Source of the DNA: an uncultured cyanobacterium
GTDB lineage: Bacteria > Cyanobacteriota > Cyanobacteriia > Cyanobacteriales > CAWUOF01
Length of the DNA stretch: 64,000 nt
Direction of reading: 5' to 3'
Assembly (NCBI GenBank): GCA_963744145.1
Contig: CAVUSO010000001.1
Span: 1,568,001 to 1,632,000 of the forward strand
Part shown: positions 28,972-41,192 of the stretch, in pieces
Position numbering within the stretch: position 1 is the first letter of the stretch
Layout: the number at the start of each line of letters is the position of its first letter
Notes under the pieces: model-generated
What the model was told of the DNA's origin: nothing
What the model saw: the letters and a program-made list of their open reading frames with translations, nothing else
The model's database searches: none
Program-made: the position numbers and the translations under genes

Positions 28972-29940
28972 TTAATCCTGAAAATCCCCTAGATTAATTC
29001 CTAAAGCGATGAGTTGTTCAGGAGATAGAGTGCTGAATTTTTGGAATAACTCTTGTCGTTTTTGTCGTTCTTGTTGAGCCTCCGAGTTAGCTCGTTCAAT
29101 TTCAATTTTAGCTTGGTTTACCTCGATCCTAATTTGTTCAATCCGAATTTCAGCTTCGACTCCAGCTTGTTGAGCTTCAGCTCTAGCTGATTGAGTCTCT
29201 TGATGGATGACTAATTCTGCTGCTGTCGGTAACCAATTCCCAGTTTCATCATACCAGCGTAACCAGCGTCGATTTATTCCTTCATATTCCCCTAACCAGA
29301 TGCCGATCCCAATTTTTAAGTCTGTCAACCAAAATCCTAGTTCTTCTGGTGCTAATGCTTGTTCTTGATATTTACCTTTTTCTAGTTTAAATAGACGCAA
29401 GCGATCGCGACGACGACTATATACTAGATAATAAGGTACTTGTAAAATCTGTTCATAAACTTCCCACTTTGTCGGTTGTATTTCGGCTTTTAATGGTGGA
29501 TTTGCTTTAGATATTGCTTGACCATTTTCTCCATCTTCTTCCTCAATGTCTGCTCTTTCTCCTAAGTCTTCTTTTTCCGTTCCAGGAGATAGTAATTCGA
29601 TCACAACCACCGGATTGACTTTTTCTTGCCAGATTACATAACTATCACGTAAATCTCTACCTTCATAGAGTCTGGGCACATCAACCACTAGAAACCAGTC
29701 GGGGCGTTTGTGCCAAAGAGTGTGATTGACATCGTAATATATGTTTAAATTAGAGCAGGTAAAAATTCGCTCTTTGGGATAATCTTGTAAGCGAATCGTA
29801 TGTCTCAGTAATGAGGGTTGTAACCAATGAAATTCATCGGGCAAACCAGGTTCCTCTGGGTCCTCACTAGGGAGATCATACATGGTTGGTTGTGGTAGTT
29901 CAGTTGGGGAAATAATTGGAGGTTGTGGTTGGGTTGGCAT
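28972..29940 (-). CDS. Uma2 (DUF820) family endonuclease with coiled-coil tail
   Basis: MYDLPSEDPEEPGLPDEFH, RPDWFLV, VIELLSPGT. Confidence 0.88.
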   Translation of the reverse strand: MPTQPQPPIISPTELPQPTMYDLPSEDPEEPGLPDEFHWLQPSLLRHTIRLQDYPKERIFTCSNLNIYYDVNHTLWHKRPDWFLVVDVPRLYEGRDLRDSYVIWQEKVNPVVVIELLSPGTEKEDLGERADIEEEDGENGQAISKANPPLKAEIQPTKWEVYEQILQVPYYLVYSRRRDRLRLFKLEKGKYQEQALAPEELGFWLTDLKIGIGIWLGEYEGINRRWLRWYDETGNWLPTAAELVIHQETQSARAEAQQAGVEAEIRIEQIRIEVNQAKIEIERANSEAQQERQKRQELFQKFSTLSPEQLIALGINLGDFQD

Positions 29941-30083
29941 AGATTTTATTTAAGTTTAGTTTAATATCATCATTATGTTCCATTCTAACTTAATTCACTT
30001 AAGGTGACCAAATTCTGAATCTAAAAATCCGATCGCTCTAATTTGCTTAAACATCCGATCGCTCATTAAGGACGAACCCTGAC

Positions 30084-30785
30084 TTAGACTATAGCGTCAG
30101 CTAATTTCTGGACAAATGTGGTATGCTCAGAAGATTGCACACCCTCTTGTAAAACTGTTAATACAAGCTGCATATTTCCAGCCAATAATTCTGCTACCGC
30201 TAACCATAATCCCGGAAATACTTGACTGCGAATAATTCCATCAGGATCAATGGGTAAATTGACATACTCACCCTGCTCTAGATAAAACCAGCTAATTTTT
30301 TGATCTAGGACTTGCCAAACAATATATTCTTTTACCCCATTACGACGATAAGCTTGTTTTTTAGCGTGAAGGTCAATCGCAACACTGCTAGCTGCTATTT
30401 CGATCACCAACTCTGGAGCCCCTTCAATATAATCATCGTCATTTAGTCTGGTTTGACCTCCTGCTTTTTCATTGATCAACAGTACCGCATCTGGTTGTGG
30501 TTCGTTATCAATATCTAATAGCACTGTAGGAGCATCTCCTACAGAAATACCTGGTGTTGTAGCTGCGTAAGTTACTAACCATCCGATCATCCAACTATGC
30601 GGTTGTCCATGACTCTTAAAGCGCAGTGCAGCAGACGTATAGACAATCCCTTCAATTAATTCAGCTTTTTTCAGGTTGATCATAGCTTGATAGCGACGCT
30701 CAAATTCGTAACGGTTTAAGCGATCGCCATTTTCGAGAAAAGGAATTGTCAAATTCTGAGAGGGTGTTTTAACCATAACAGTCAC
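30084..30785 (-). CDS. Uma2 (DUF820) family endonuclease
   Basis: AELIEGIV, EPQPD, GAPELVIEIAASS, YRRNGVKEY. Confidence 0.9.
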   Translation of the reverse strand: MTVMVKTPSQNLTIPFLENGDRLNRYEFERRYQAMINLKKAELIEGIVYTSAALRFKSHGQPHSWMIGWLVTYAATTPGISVGDAPTVLLDIDNEPQPDAVLLINEKAGGQTRLNDDDYIEGAPELVIEIAASSVAIDLHAKKQAYRRNGVKEYIVWQVLDQKISWFYLEQGEYVNLPIDPDGIIRSQVFPGLWLAVAELLAGNMQLVLTVLQEGVQSSEHTTFVQKLADAIV

Positions 30786-30829
30786 AGTTTAAATGAACCT
30801 ATGTTTATTTTACAGGAATTATGATCGGT

Positions 30830-31753
30830 TTAGCGAGTTTGACCAAGGGCGATCGTCACCGAACCACTAATTACCATTAATCCTCCAAACAATGCTATAA
30901 TGCTATAATGTTCTGGAGCGAGTAGACTGGGTATTAGGGCTGTAGTCATCTTTCCTACTGTTAGGGTAATAATTGGTGTTGTTGCTACTAATGCACTTAT
31001 TTTTGATGCTTCCCAATGGGCTAAAGCTTCGGAAAAAGCACCATAAGCAAATAATGTATTTAAAGCGCAGAAAATTAATATTCCTCCCTGTAGTGGAGAT
31101 AATGATCCGATCGTTTGGGGATGAGTGGTAGGACTAAATAATAATGCTGCTCCTCCATAAATTATCAACATAATATTAGATGAAGGTAGTTGTTCTAATA
31201 GTTGCTTTTGTGCTAGAGCATAAACAGCGAATGCTAGAGCTGATAAGATGACTAAAATACAACCATATATATATTGACCCGATGTGGCAATTAAACTGAC
31301 TAATTGTTCATGGAAAAATAGAATAAATCCACAGATTAATATTCCTAACCCCATCCATTGACTTCGAGTATAACGTTCTTTAAAAATTATTAAACCACCT
31401 AATCCTATACAAACATGGGCGATTTGAAATAATAGTTGAGCATTAGCTGGAGAAGTTTGAGATAACCCTTGGATAAATAATAAATAGTTGCTCGCTAAGA
31501 AGATTGTCGCGATCGCTAATAATATGAATGAACTAGGACGTAATTTCTGAATCTTCGGTAATTGTTTCCTGATTCCTAAATAAATCCCTAAGATGATAAA
31601 GGATACTAAAAACCGAAACCATGTAACTGTATAAACATCTAGTTTTTGTAAGACTATTGTTAGTGCAATTGATAAAGTTCCCCAGAAAAATATTGCCACT
31701 AAAGCTAAAGATAATCCTAAACGCCATTTTCCCGAAGCAGAGTGAAGTTTCAT
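30830..31753 (-). CDS. DMT/EamA family transporter
   Basis: FWGTLSIA, VTWFRF, about 10 TM segments in two EamA repeats. Confidence 0.88.
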   Translation of the reverse strand: MKLHSASGKWRLGLSLALVAIFFWGTLSIALTIVLQKLDVYTVTWFRFLVSFIILGIYLGIRKQLPKIQKLRPSSFILLAIATIFLASNYLLFIQGLSQTSPANAQLLFQIAHVCIGLGGLIIFKERYTRSQWMGLGILICGFILFFHEQLVSLIATSGQYIYGCILVILSALAFAVYALAQKQLLEQLPSSNIMLIIYGGAALLFSPTTHPQTIGSLSPLQGGILIFCALNTLFAYGAFSEALAHWEASKISALVATTPIITLTVGKMTTALIPSLLAPEHYSIIALFGGLMVISGSVTIALGQTR

Positions 31754-31788
31754 TAAATTATTACCATGATAAAAATCCGATCGCGAAT

Positions 31789-33837
<2,049 letters not shown>

Positions 33838-34328
33838 CTATAATTACAAAATCAGGAAATATGACAATCAGCTCTGATCACATAGTGCCATACTTCTCTC
33901 GCTACTATTCAAAAATATTGAAACATTACTAAATCGTTAATATTCTATATATTCATTGATGAATCCATTAGCGATCAGCCCAACCCAGACCCAAATCCAA
34001 AGCGCAGTGGACTAAGTTTTTGGTGGTGCTTGGTGATATAAATCACCCAGAAAGTCAGAAATACTCACTGATGAACTCTCAATAGTGATGTAAGAGACAA
34101 GCTGCTAGAACTCGACGATATAGCAGCTTATTTTTGGCGATCGCATTCAACTAACAATTAATCACTAATAAAGCTAATCGTGGGACAAATCTATATATTA
34201 GGGGCATTGTGGGTAGTTAAAATTTAGAGAATTGGTATAACCTCCAATTTACTGGATTAACTTTACATTTTCTATGTTAAATATGCGATCGCGATCAGTA
34301 ATGAATTAGAGTTCTTGGATCTTATAAG

Positions 34329-34808
34329 TTACAAGTCTTTGTGCGAGTAAAGACTCCAGAAACTACAACCACCACACACTAATGAAACAAGGAATAAAAA
34401 ACCACCAGTTGGCAGATGTCCTGGAGGTGAACTGGTGTTAAATGTAAGGTCGTTATAATCCAACAATTCCCCTCTCTTGCTCCATCCTAATATATCAATA
34501 AATTTTCCATAAACCTCACCTCCTACATCAGGATGTCCCCCAAGACTTTCCCAGATTTGCTTTTGCACACTAAAGCCAAAATAGCTATAGGAATATTTAA
34601 CCCATAACTGATCTATAGTACAAAGGTCTTTACTGGGAATATTTAACCAATCATCACTCAATAGATATCCTTTTTTTTCACGATTAGAAGCCTTTAAGAT
34701 CAGATGGTAAGTTGTCTCATCAGCCTCTTTCCATTTACCACCAGCTAGTAACTTACGCAGAGGAGCGTAATCTATTCCTACTTCACTCTGAAGAATAATC
34801 TCGCTCAT
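34329..34808 (-). CDS. GUN4 domain protein (single domain)
   Basis: GIDYAPLRKLL..GKWKEAD, DLCTIDQLWVKYS..YFGFSVQK, PPGHLP. Confidence 0.85.
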   Translation of the reverse strand: MSEIILQSEVGIDYAPLRKLLAGGKWKEADETTYHLILKASNREKKGYLLSDDWLNIPSKDLCTIDQLWVKYSYSYFGFSVQKQIWESLGGHPDVGGEVYGKFIDILGWSKRGELLDYNDLTFNTSSPPGHLPTGGFLFLVSLVCGGCSFWSLYSHKDL

Positions 34809-34842
34809 AATTTCACCATACTAATTTAAAAATTGTCGCTAT

Positions 34843-35568
34843 TTAAACTAATCTGGCACCACCATCAACTGGCAAAACAATTCCAGTAACAAAACTATTG
34901 CCTGCTAGAAATAAAATAGCATCAGCAATATCTTCAACATGACCAATACGTTTGGTAGGAAGTTGCATAGCTTGCTGTTGAAAAAAGGCTAATCGCTCCG
35001 ATTCTGGTAAACGCTCCCAGTAGGGAGTCTCAATCAATCCAGCCGAGACCGCATTAACACGCACAGGAGCTAGTTCTAAAGCTAGAGGTCGAGTAAGAGC
35101 TTCAATCGCTCCATTAATTGCTGCTGTTGCGCCCATACCTCGAATTCCTTTGCTAGCAGCAATACCAGTTACAAAAGTAATTGACCCGGTTGACTTAACG
35201 TAGGAAGAACTATGACGCACTACATTTATATGAACCCAGAATTTCTGATCAACAGCACGATGTAACTCCGTACTATCTAAATTGGCAAATATTCCCAATG
35301 CGGTGCCACCTCCAGCAGCGATCACCAGATGGTCAAATTCGCCTACTTCTGTAAAAAATTTAGCTACTGATGCTTCATCGCTCCCTTCTAGGCAATAGCC
35401 TGTAATCAAATCAGGAAACTGCTGTTGTGCATTAGCTATTTTATCCTGCGATCGCCCAGTAATCACAACTGAAGCCCCAGTATGGATAAATGCTTGAGCT
35501 GTAGACCATCCAATTCCTGAACTACCACCTACGATAATAACCCGTTGTTTAGAAAACTTCATATTCAT
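34843..35568 (-). CDS. SDR family oxidoreductase
   Basis: GGSSGIG, RVNAVSAG, TGIVLPVDGG; canonical YxxxK absent (atypical). Confidence 0.85.
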   Translation of the reverse strand: MNMKFSKQRVIIVGGSSGIGWSTAQAFIHTGASVVITGRSQDKIANAQQQFPDLITGYCLEGSDEASVAKFFTEVGEFDHLVIAAGGGTALGIFANLDSTELHRAVDQKFWVHINVVRHSSSYVKSTGSITFVTGIAASKGIRGMGATAAINGAIEALTRPLALELAPVRVNAVSAGLIETPYWERLPESERLAFFQQQAMQLPTKRIGHVEDIADAILFLAGNSFVTGIVLPVDGGARLV

Positions 35569-35661
35569 ATTCTAAACTCCTAATGCTTCTTTTTTCGGTT
35601 TGTCTGGATTGAGAACACTAATTGTTGCACTCATAGAGCCTTTTTCCCTCACCCTAGATCA

Positions 35662-36705
35662 TTATTCATCAATTTGCCAGACATCCTTATTAAGTTCCTC
35701 ATCCAGAATTCGCTTGGGACGTACTATCGTTAAAACTTTCCCCAGTAATTCGATCGCTGGTTCTTCTTCAAACCATTGAAACTCTAAATTTTCACCTTCT
35801 TCAATGATAAAATAACTATTAGATTCCCATACTCTTATTGCTCGATCTACAATCACTAAAACATCTTCAACATAACCAGAAATTTTTCCAGGTAAGCGAT
35901 CGCTATTGGCAATAATTACGACTGGATCTTCAGCATTCAAAACTATTTGCCATCCTGGAATTGGCACCCATGCACCTGTACCCGAAAATTTTACCATCCC
36001 AAAAGCATTAGTTGCTTCAATGACTGGCACAACTTTTAAATCTGCTCGGGTAATGGGCATTTCCCCCACTACGGGTAAAATTCGCGGTAATTCTGCTTCT
36101 GATTCTAAACGATAAATTGGTAAAGTCGGAGCTGGACGTTTTGGTAATACAGTAAAATCAGTGAGGAGATTTTCAATTTGCTCCCGAGCTGATTCAGTTT
36201 GTACAAATCTTAATCCTTGGGCAATTAAACGCGATCGCTCCTGTAAATCAGATATTTGTTTAGCTCTTTTCCAATATAGATAAGCTAAACAATCTCCTGG
36301 ATGGTCTGAAAATCCGGCTGGGGTTGGTCGTAAATAGGAAAAATCTTTGATCGCTTTGGCTAATTCCCGAGCCTGATCAACATCCAACTTTTTAGTTAAC
36401 ACAAATTCAGCGGCGCTACTTCGTTCTGATCCAGACAGAATCCGCAACTCATATAAAACATCACTACCCTTATTAGTAAAATGCGATCGCGTTGACTCGG
36501 ATACACCATTATTGACGATGGTAGTATAAACCTGAAAACCGACAATAATCTGATTTTGTTGAATGGGTTCAAATCCTGTTTCTTCAAAAATACGCTGGGG
36601 ACTGTAACCGGATTTTTGCAAACTTTGACAAGCTTGTCCCCATTCCACCCAATTACCTTCTTTACGACGGAGACGTTGGATTAAATTTTCAATTTCAATA
36701 GTCAT
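35662..36705 (-). CDS. raf1: Rubisco accumulation factor 1
   Basis: LRRKEGNWVEWG...IFEETGFEPIQQNQ, RPKRILDE...WQIDE C-terminus. Confidence 0.92.
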   Translation of the reverse strand: MTIEIENLIQRLRRKEGNWVEWGQACQSLQKSGYSPQRIFEETGFEPIQQNQIIVGFQVYTTIVNNGVSESTRSHFTNKGSDVLYELRILSGSERSSAAEFVLTKKLDVDQARELAKAIKDFSYLRPTPAGFSDHPGDCLAYLYWKRAKQISDLQERSRLIAQGLRFVQTESAREQIENLLTDFTVLPKRPAPTLPIYRLESEAELPRILPVVGEMPITRADLKVVPVIEATNAFGMVKFSGTGAWVPIPGWQIVLNAEDPVVIIANSDRLPGKISGYVEDVLVIVDRAIRVWESNSYFIIEEGENLEFQWFEEEPAIELLGKVLTIVRPKRILDEELNKDVWQIDE

Positions 36706-36738
36706 GGATTATGATTAGTCATCAATGATGAAGTATAA

Positions 36739-37029
36739 TTAGTTTTGCTTATTAGTTTCTTGTTCTTGTTTAGCACCAGATTCTTTAACTGTAGTAGCGG
36801 CATCTTTTGCTCGATTAATCGGTACTAAAATTGGATTAGGAGAACTTGATGCAGTTCCCGCTGGACTAGCAGTAGGAGCTGTACTTGGATCGGTCGTCGT
36901 GGCCGAATTTTGGGCAGGTGGTGGGGCAGAAGATGAGCAAGCAACGACTAAGGGCAAGATCATAGTTGTCAGACAGACAGTGAGTTTGAGATTGAGCATT
37001 TTTTTTCCTGGAGATGGGGAGAGCGGCAT
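36739..37029 (-). CDS. small putative lipoprotein
   Basis: Hydrophobic signal with VVAC lipobox, followed by a Ser/Pro/Ala/Thr-rich region. Confidence 0.6.
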   Translation of the reverse strand: MPLSPSPGKKMLNLKLTVCLTTMILPLVVACSSSAPPPAQNSATTTDPSTAPTASPAGTASSSPNPILVPINRAKDAATTVKESGAKQEQETNKQN

Positions 37030-37140
37030 TTGGCCAGGTTGACTGGCGATCGAAATCCTGATCTTGAGCCTAACATACTCTGAGCCTAACTTAAATGCCA
37101 GATAACGCTAAAATAATACGGTTGTAATTTGTAGCGGACT

Positions 37141-38436
37141 GTGATCGAACGGTATACTCTGCCCGAAATGGGTGAATTGTGGACTGATAATTATAAATTT
37201 AAAACCTGGTTACAAGTAGAAATTGCGGTATGTGAGGCTCAAGCTGAATTGGGATATATCCCAGAGGATGCTGTCAAGGAAATTAAAGCCAAAGCTAACT
37301 TTGATGTGAACCGTGTCCTCGAAATAGAAGCTGAAGTCCGTCATGACATGATTGCGTTTCTCACTAATGTCAATGAATATGTAGGAGAAGCAGGACGTTA
37401 TATTCACTTAGGTCTAACCAGCTCAGATGTATTAGATACGGCTTTAGCATTACAATTGGTAGCCAGTCTAGACTTGATTTTGGAACGAATTGAGGATTTA
37501 AGTCAAGCAATTCGTTATCAAGCCCAACAACATCGCTCAACTGTAATGATTGGTCGCTCCCACGGAATTCATGCTGAACCGATTACCTTTGGGTTTAAAC
37601 TAGCTGGTTGGTTAGCAGAAGTATTTCGCGATCGCGATCGCTTAGTCAATTTACGTCGTAGTATTGCTGTTGGCAAAATTTCCGGTGCTGTGGGCACTTA
37701 TGCGAATATCGACCCACAGATTGAAGCGATCGCTTGTCAAAAACTAGGATTAAAACCTGATTGTGCTTCAACACAAGTAATATCACGCGATCGCCATGCT
37801 GAATATGTGCAACAATTAGCTCTAGTAGCTGCATCCATTGAACGTTTTGCTGTGGAAATTCGCAACTTACAGCGGACTGATGTGCTGGAAGTAGAAGAAT
37901 TCTTTGCTAAAGGTCAAAAAGGTTCTTCAGCTATGCCCCACAAGCGTAATCCCATCCGTTCCGAACGCTTAACTGGAATCGCCAGAGTGATCCGGGGTCA
38001 TGCGATCGCGGCTTTAGAAAATGTAGCACTTTGGCACGAACGAGATATTTCCCATAGTTCCGTCGAGCGGATCATTTTCCCGGATGCTTGTACTTTAACC
38101 CATTTTATGATCTATGAAATCACCGATTTAGTCAAAAATCTACTTGTTTATCCCCAAAATATGGCCCGAAATCTCAATGTTTACGGGGGAGTTGTCTTTA
38201 GTCAAGGAGTGCTATTAGCTTTAGTAGAAAAAGGATTAAGTCGGGAGCAAGCATATAGTATTGTTCAATCTTGCGCTCATCAAGCATGGAATCAACCAGA
38301 AGGTAATTTTCATGATTTAATTAGCCAAGATGAGCGCGTGACTACTAAGCTATCTTCTGAAGAGATCGAAGCTTGTTTTAATCCACAACATCATCTCCGA
38401 CATTTAGATCAAGTTTATCAACGGTTAGGAATTTAA
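37141..38436 (+). CDS. purB: adenylosuccinate lyase
   Basis: MIERY, HLGLTSSDV, GRSHGIHAEP, GSSAMPHKRNP signature. Confidence 0.98.
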   Translation: MIERYTLPEMGELWTDNYKFKTWLQVEIAVCEAQAELGYIPEDAVKEIKAKANFDVNRVLEIEAEVRHDMIAFLTNVNEYVGEAGRYIHLGLTSSDVLDTALALQLVASLDLILERIEDLSQAIRYQAQQHRSTVMIGRSHGIHAEPITFGFKLAGWLAEVFRDRDRLVNLRRSIAVGKISGAVGTYANIDPQIEAIACQKLGLKPDCASTQVISRDRHAEYVQQLALVAASIERFAVEIRNLQRTDVLEVEEFFAKGQKGSSAMPHKRNPIRSERLTGIARVIRGHAIAALENVALWHERDISHSSVERIIFPDACTLTHFMIYEITDLVKNLLVYPQNMARNLNVYGGVVFSQGVLLALVEKGLSREQAYSIVQSCAHQAWNQPEGNFHDLISQDERVTTKLSSEEIEACFNPQHHLRHLDQVYQRLGI

Positions 38437-38438
38437 TC

Positions 38439-38580
38439 GTAGGGGCGAAGCATTCGGGCGAAAATTAATAGCTTAAACTTTACCCTGAGTGCTCCCTGAG
38501 CCTTGCCCTGAGCGTAGTCGAAGGGGGAGTCGAAGGGCGTAGTCGAAGGGCTGTTAATATTATATCCGAATGCTTCGCCC
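38439..38580. repeat. REP-like hairpin containing three nested 24-nt elements
   Basis: GGGCGAAGCATTCGG...CCGAATGCTTCGCCC stem; nested CCCTGAGCG(T/G)AGTCGAAGGG units at 38479-38550. Confidence 0.85.
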
Positions 38581-38588
38581 TTCTTATT

Positions 38589-40364
38589 TTAATCTACTAA
38601 ATCATAAAATAAATCATTAATCTTTTTGAAAAAATTACTCGATGATCTTTCTCCAAAAATAGCACTATACCAAACTTGCCACATTAATAAAAGCCATAAA
38701 TTTCTCCCCACTCTTCCTCCTTTCATCAAACCTCCCACTTTACCACTAATTATTTGTTCACTGAAATCAGGATTCCAGATTCCTTGCTCGCGCAATCGAC
38801 TCCGACTTAACCATTTTCTCACATCTCTGCGTAATTCATTTAAGCATAATGTGGTTACAGGAACAGCCATTCCTTGTTTTTCTCTCCAAACTATTTCTGG
38901 AGGTAACCAAGATGCGACAGCTTTTTTCAGGATATACTTTTCACAAGCTCCCTGTAAACAAAATTCACCCGGTAATTGAAAACTCCACTCAGTTAAAGGA
39001 AAATCACAAAAAGGCGATCGCACTCGTAATCCTTGAGACATGGCTAAGTTATTGGCTCGAGGTTGAATATTTTGCGCTCCTTTTAACATTAAGGTTGCTC
39101 GTCGTAATTTGGCTAACCAATCGGTACAAAATTGTGGATCTAAAGCTTCTGCTAACCAGTCAATTGGGTTAATTGTTTGAATGTTTCTCAATACTTCCCT
39201 TTGAAAACAAATCGATTCATAACCAGATAAAGCGCCAAAAGTATCTAGATATTGACGGTTAAAGTCTTTAAATCCAGCGGGATTTTCCTGGTTATAAATT
39301 CCCGCAGCAATTAAGGGTTTATTTGTCCATCCAGCAAATAATTGATCACCATTTTCTCCATTAAAAATTAAAGCAGTTTCTTGACTAGCAACTTGGGTTA
39401 ATAAAAATAATGGTAAAGTTGCACCATCCCCAAAAGGTAAATCTAATGCTTGAACTGTGGGAATTAAAGCTTTTCTAAGTTTATCTGGGGTGACAGTAAC
39501 TTTGATTAAGGGAATTTTGAGAAAATCTGCTACTTGTTGAGCATAGGGTAATTCGGAAGTATTCTTATTCCTTAATATGGGCTCAAAATCTAAAGTATAA
39601 GCACGTATTTTTATCCCTGCTTGCACTAATAAAGCTGCGACGATCGAAGAATCAATTCCACCGGATAAAAATATGCCATAATCATCATTAGTTAAATCAG
39701 CTATTTGCCGATTAATTGCAGCTTTTAATAGATTTTGTAGTTGGAATATTGCCTCTTCTTCATGTTTAATTAACTCAGGTGCTTGTTGCCATTGATGTAG
39801 TTTAGTTGTTACTCTTTCCGTTGGATTATTAGCTACCCATTTAACTTCTGTTCCCGCAGCGATCGCCAAAATATTTTCGATGGGTGATAGAGGTGTTGGT
39901 ACATAAGAAAAACAACTATATCCATAAATAGCTGGGATACTAAGGTGGTAATTTTCTCTTAAGGGTAAAAGTAGTTGCAATCTAGAAGCAAACCAAATGC
40001 TGTGGGAAAGTTCCGTCCAATATAGGGGTAATCTTCCCAAAGGTTCTCTTCCTAAAATACAGGATATTCCCTGCAATTTTACCCAAATTTCTGGCTGATC
40101 CTCTAATCCTGTAGCTGATAAAGAAAAGGTAATTTCCTCTCCCTGGTCAAATAAGTTAGAGTTAAAATTGTCTCCACTAGAACCAATATAAGCAACACCC
40201 CAAATTAGTGAATTTCCCTCCGACCGGATATCTAATTTACCTTGGTAGCGTTTGATCTGATTTGGTTTTTGGGTAATTAAAACTTGACCTAATAAGTCTT
40301 CTGCTTCAGATTGGATAGCATTACCCCAATATCCAATAAATTGAGCTGGCTGAGTTATACCCAC
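38589..40364 (-). CDS. asparagine synthetase B-like protein (degenerate glutaminase domain)
   Basis: LSGGIDSS PP-loop, GENGDQLFAG, RSPFCD, EKYILK, REKQGM; no N-terminal catalytic Cys. Confidence 0.8.
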   Translation of the reverse strand: MGITQPAQFIGYWGNAIQSEAEDLLGQVLITQKPNQIKRYQGKLDIRSEGNSLIWGVAYIGSSGDNFNSNLFDQGEEITFSLSATGLEDQPEIWVKLQGISCILGREPLGRLPLYWTELSHSIWFASRLQLLLPLRENYHLSIPAIYGYSCFSYVPTPLSPIENILAIAAGTEVKWVANNPTERVTTKLHQWQQAPELIKHEEEAIFQLQNLLKAAINRQIADLTNDDYGIFLSGGIDSSIVAALLVQAGIKIRAYTLDFEPILRNKNTSELPYAQQVADFLKIPLIKVTVTPDKLRKALIPTVQALDLPFGDGATLPLFLLTQVASQETALIFNGENGDQLFAGWTNKPLIAAGIYNQENPAGFKDFNRQYLDTFGALSGYESICFQREVLRNIQTINPIDWLAEALDPQFCTDWLAKLRRATLMLKGAQNIQPRANNLAMSQGLRVRSPFCDFPLTEWSFQLPGEFCLQGACEKYILKKAVASWLPPEIVWREKQGMAVPVTTLCLNELRRDVRKWLSRSRLREQGIWNPDFSEQIISGKVGGLMKGGRVGRNLWLLLMWQVWYSAIFGERSSSNFFKKINDLFYDLVD

Positions 40365-40365
40365 T

Positions 40366-40989
40366 TTACTTAACCGTAAAAGTGTTTTTACTAATAATAT
40401 GATCTCCTAACCGCATTTCTACTTGCCAAGATCCAGTTTTTGCTGTGGAATTAAACTCATAATAGCAATAAGTCGGCCAGGGATTGCGATCGACTTGACG
40501 AGTTTGATATTGGCTTTGATGAGCAATTTGACCGCTTGGATCAATCCAATTACAGGTTAAGGAGAGTTTTTCTCCCAAGGGCGCATTAGTTAGGGTAACA
40601 CGGTAATAAGCAGTGGGATTGGTTTGACGATCGACAATGTTTACCGGAATCCCTTGATCTTGAGCTAAGGTGACGTTACTAGAATAAGCCGTAATCTGGG
40701 CAAAAGTTGTTTGACGAGTGACAGTATAAACTGTGGTTGCTGCGATCGCCATTATTAAAATCCCGATTACCCCCGCAATTACCCATTGACGTTGCTTGGT
40801 TTGGACTGCAAGCACTTCTCGACGTTGGACTTGAACTAAAGCATCATCAAGTAAATCTGGGGACAAATTTAATTCTTGCAAAATCTCCTGGACCTGTGTC
40901 CGATCTAGTTCCATTTCCCGTTTTCGCGATAGCTGCTCGATTTCTGCAATTACTTTCGCTAGTTCCTCTTGATTTAGTCTTTTGTCCAT
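40366..40989 (-). CDS. DUF3859-like membrane-anchored protein
   Basis: N-terminal helical region, one TM segment, C-terminal beta domain (CNWIDPSG...GSWQVEM). Confidence 0.65.
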   Translation of the reverse strand: MDKRLNQEELAKVIAEIEQLSRKREMELDRTQVQEILQELNLSPDLLDDALVQVQRREVLAVQTKQRQWVIAGVIGILIMAIAATTVYTVTRQTTFAQITAYSSNVTLAQDQGIPVNIVDRQTNPTAYYRVTLTNAPLGEKLSLTCNWIDPSGQIAHQSQYQTRQVDRNPWPTYCYYEFNSTAKTGSWQVEMRLGDHIISKNTFTVK

Positions 40990-41192
40990 TTCGTCCTCTT
41001 GACTAGATGTTAAATTTTGGCAGAAAAATTTTCTTGGACAATTAATTGATTAAAAATCAAACTCTCTGACAAACTATAATAATCGATCACAAATTTGCAA
41101 TTAATGGCTAACCGGTTGCGGAACTGGCTAGTTAGAGATTGTAGCTAACTTCAGTTTAGTTAGTCTAGTAGCGTATTCAGGGTAGCAGAATC

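Noticed and set aside
34329..34808. Canonical gun4 (Mg-chelatase activator)
   Set aside because: It is a short core-domain-only paralog lacking the N-terminal helical region, so no symbol was assigned.
38589..40364. Lasso peptide gene cluster
   Set aside because: No B1/B2 (PqqD or transglutaminase-like) genes or precursor peptide are visible nearby.
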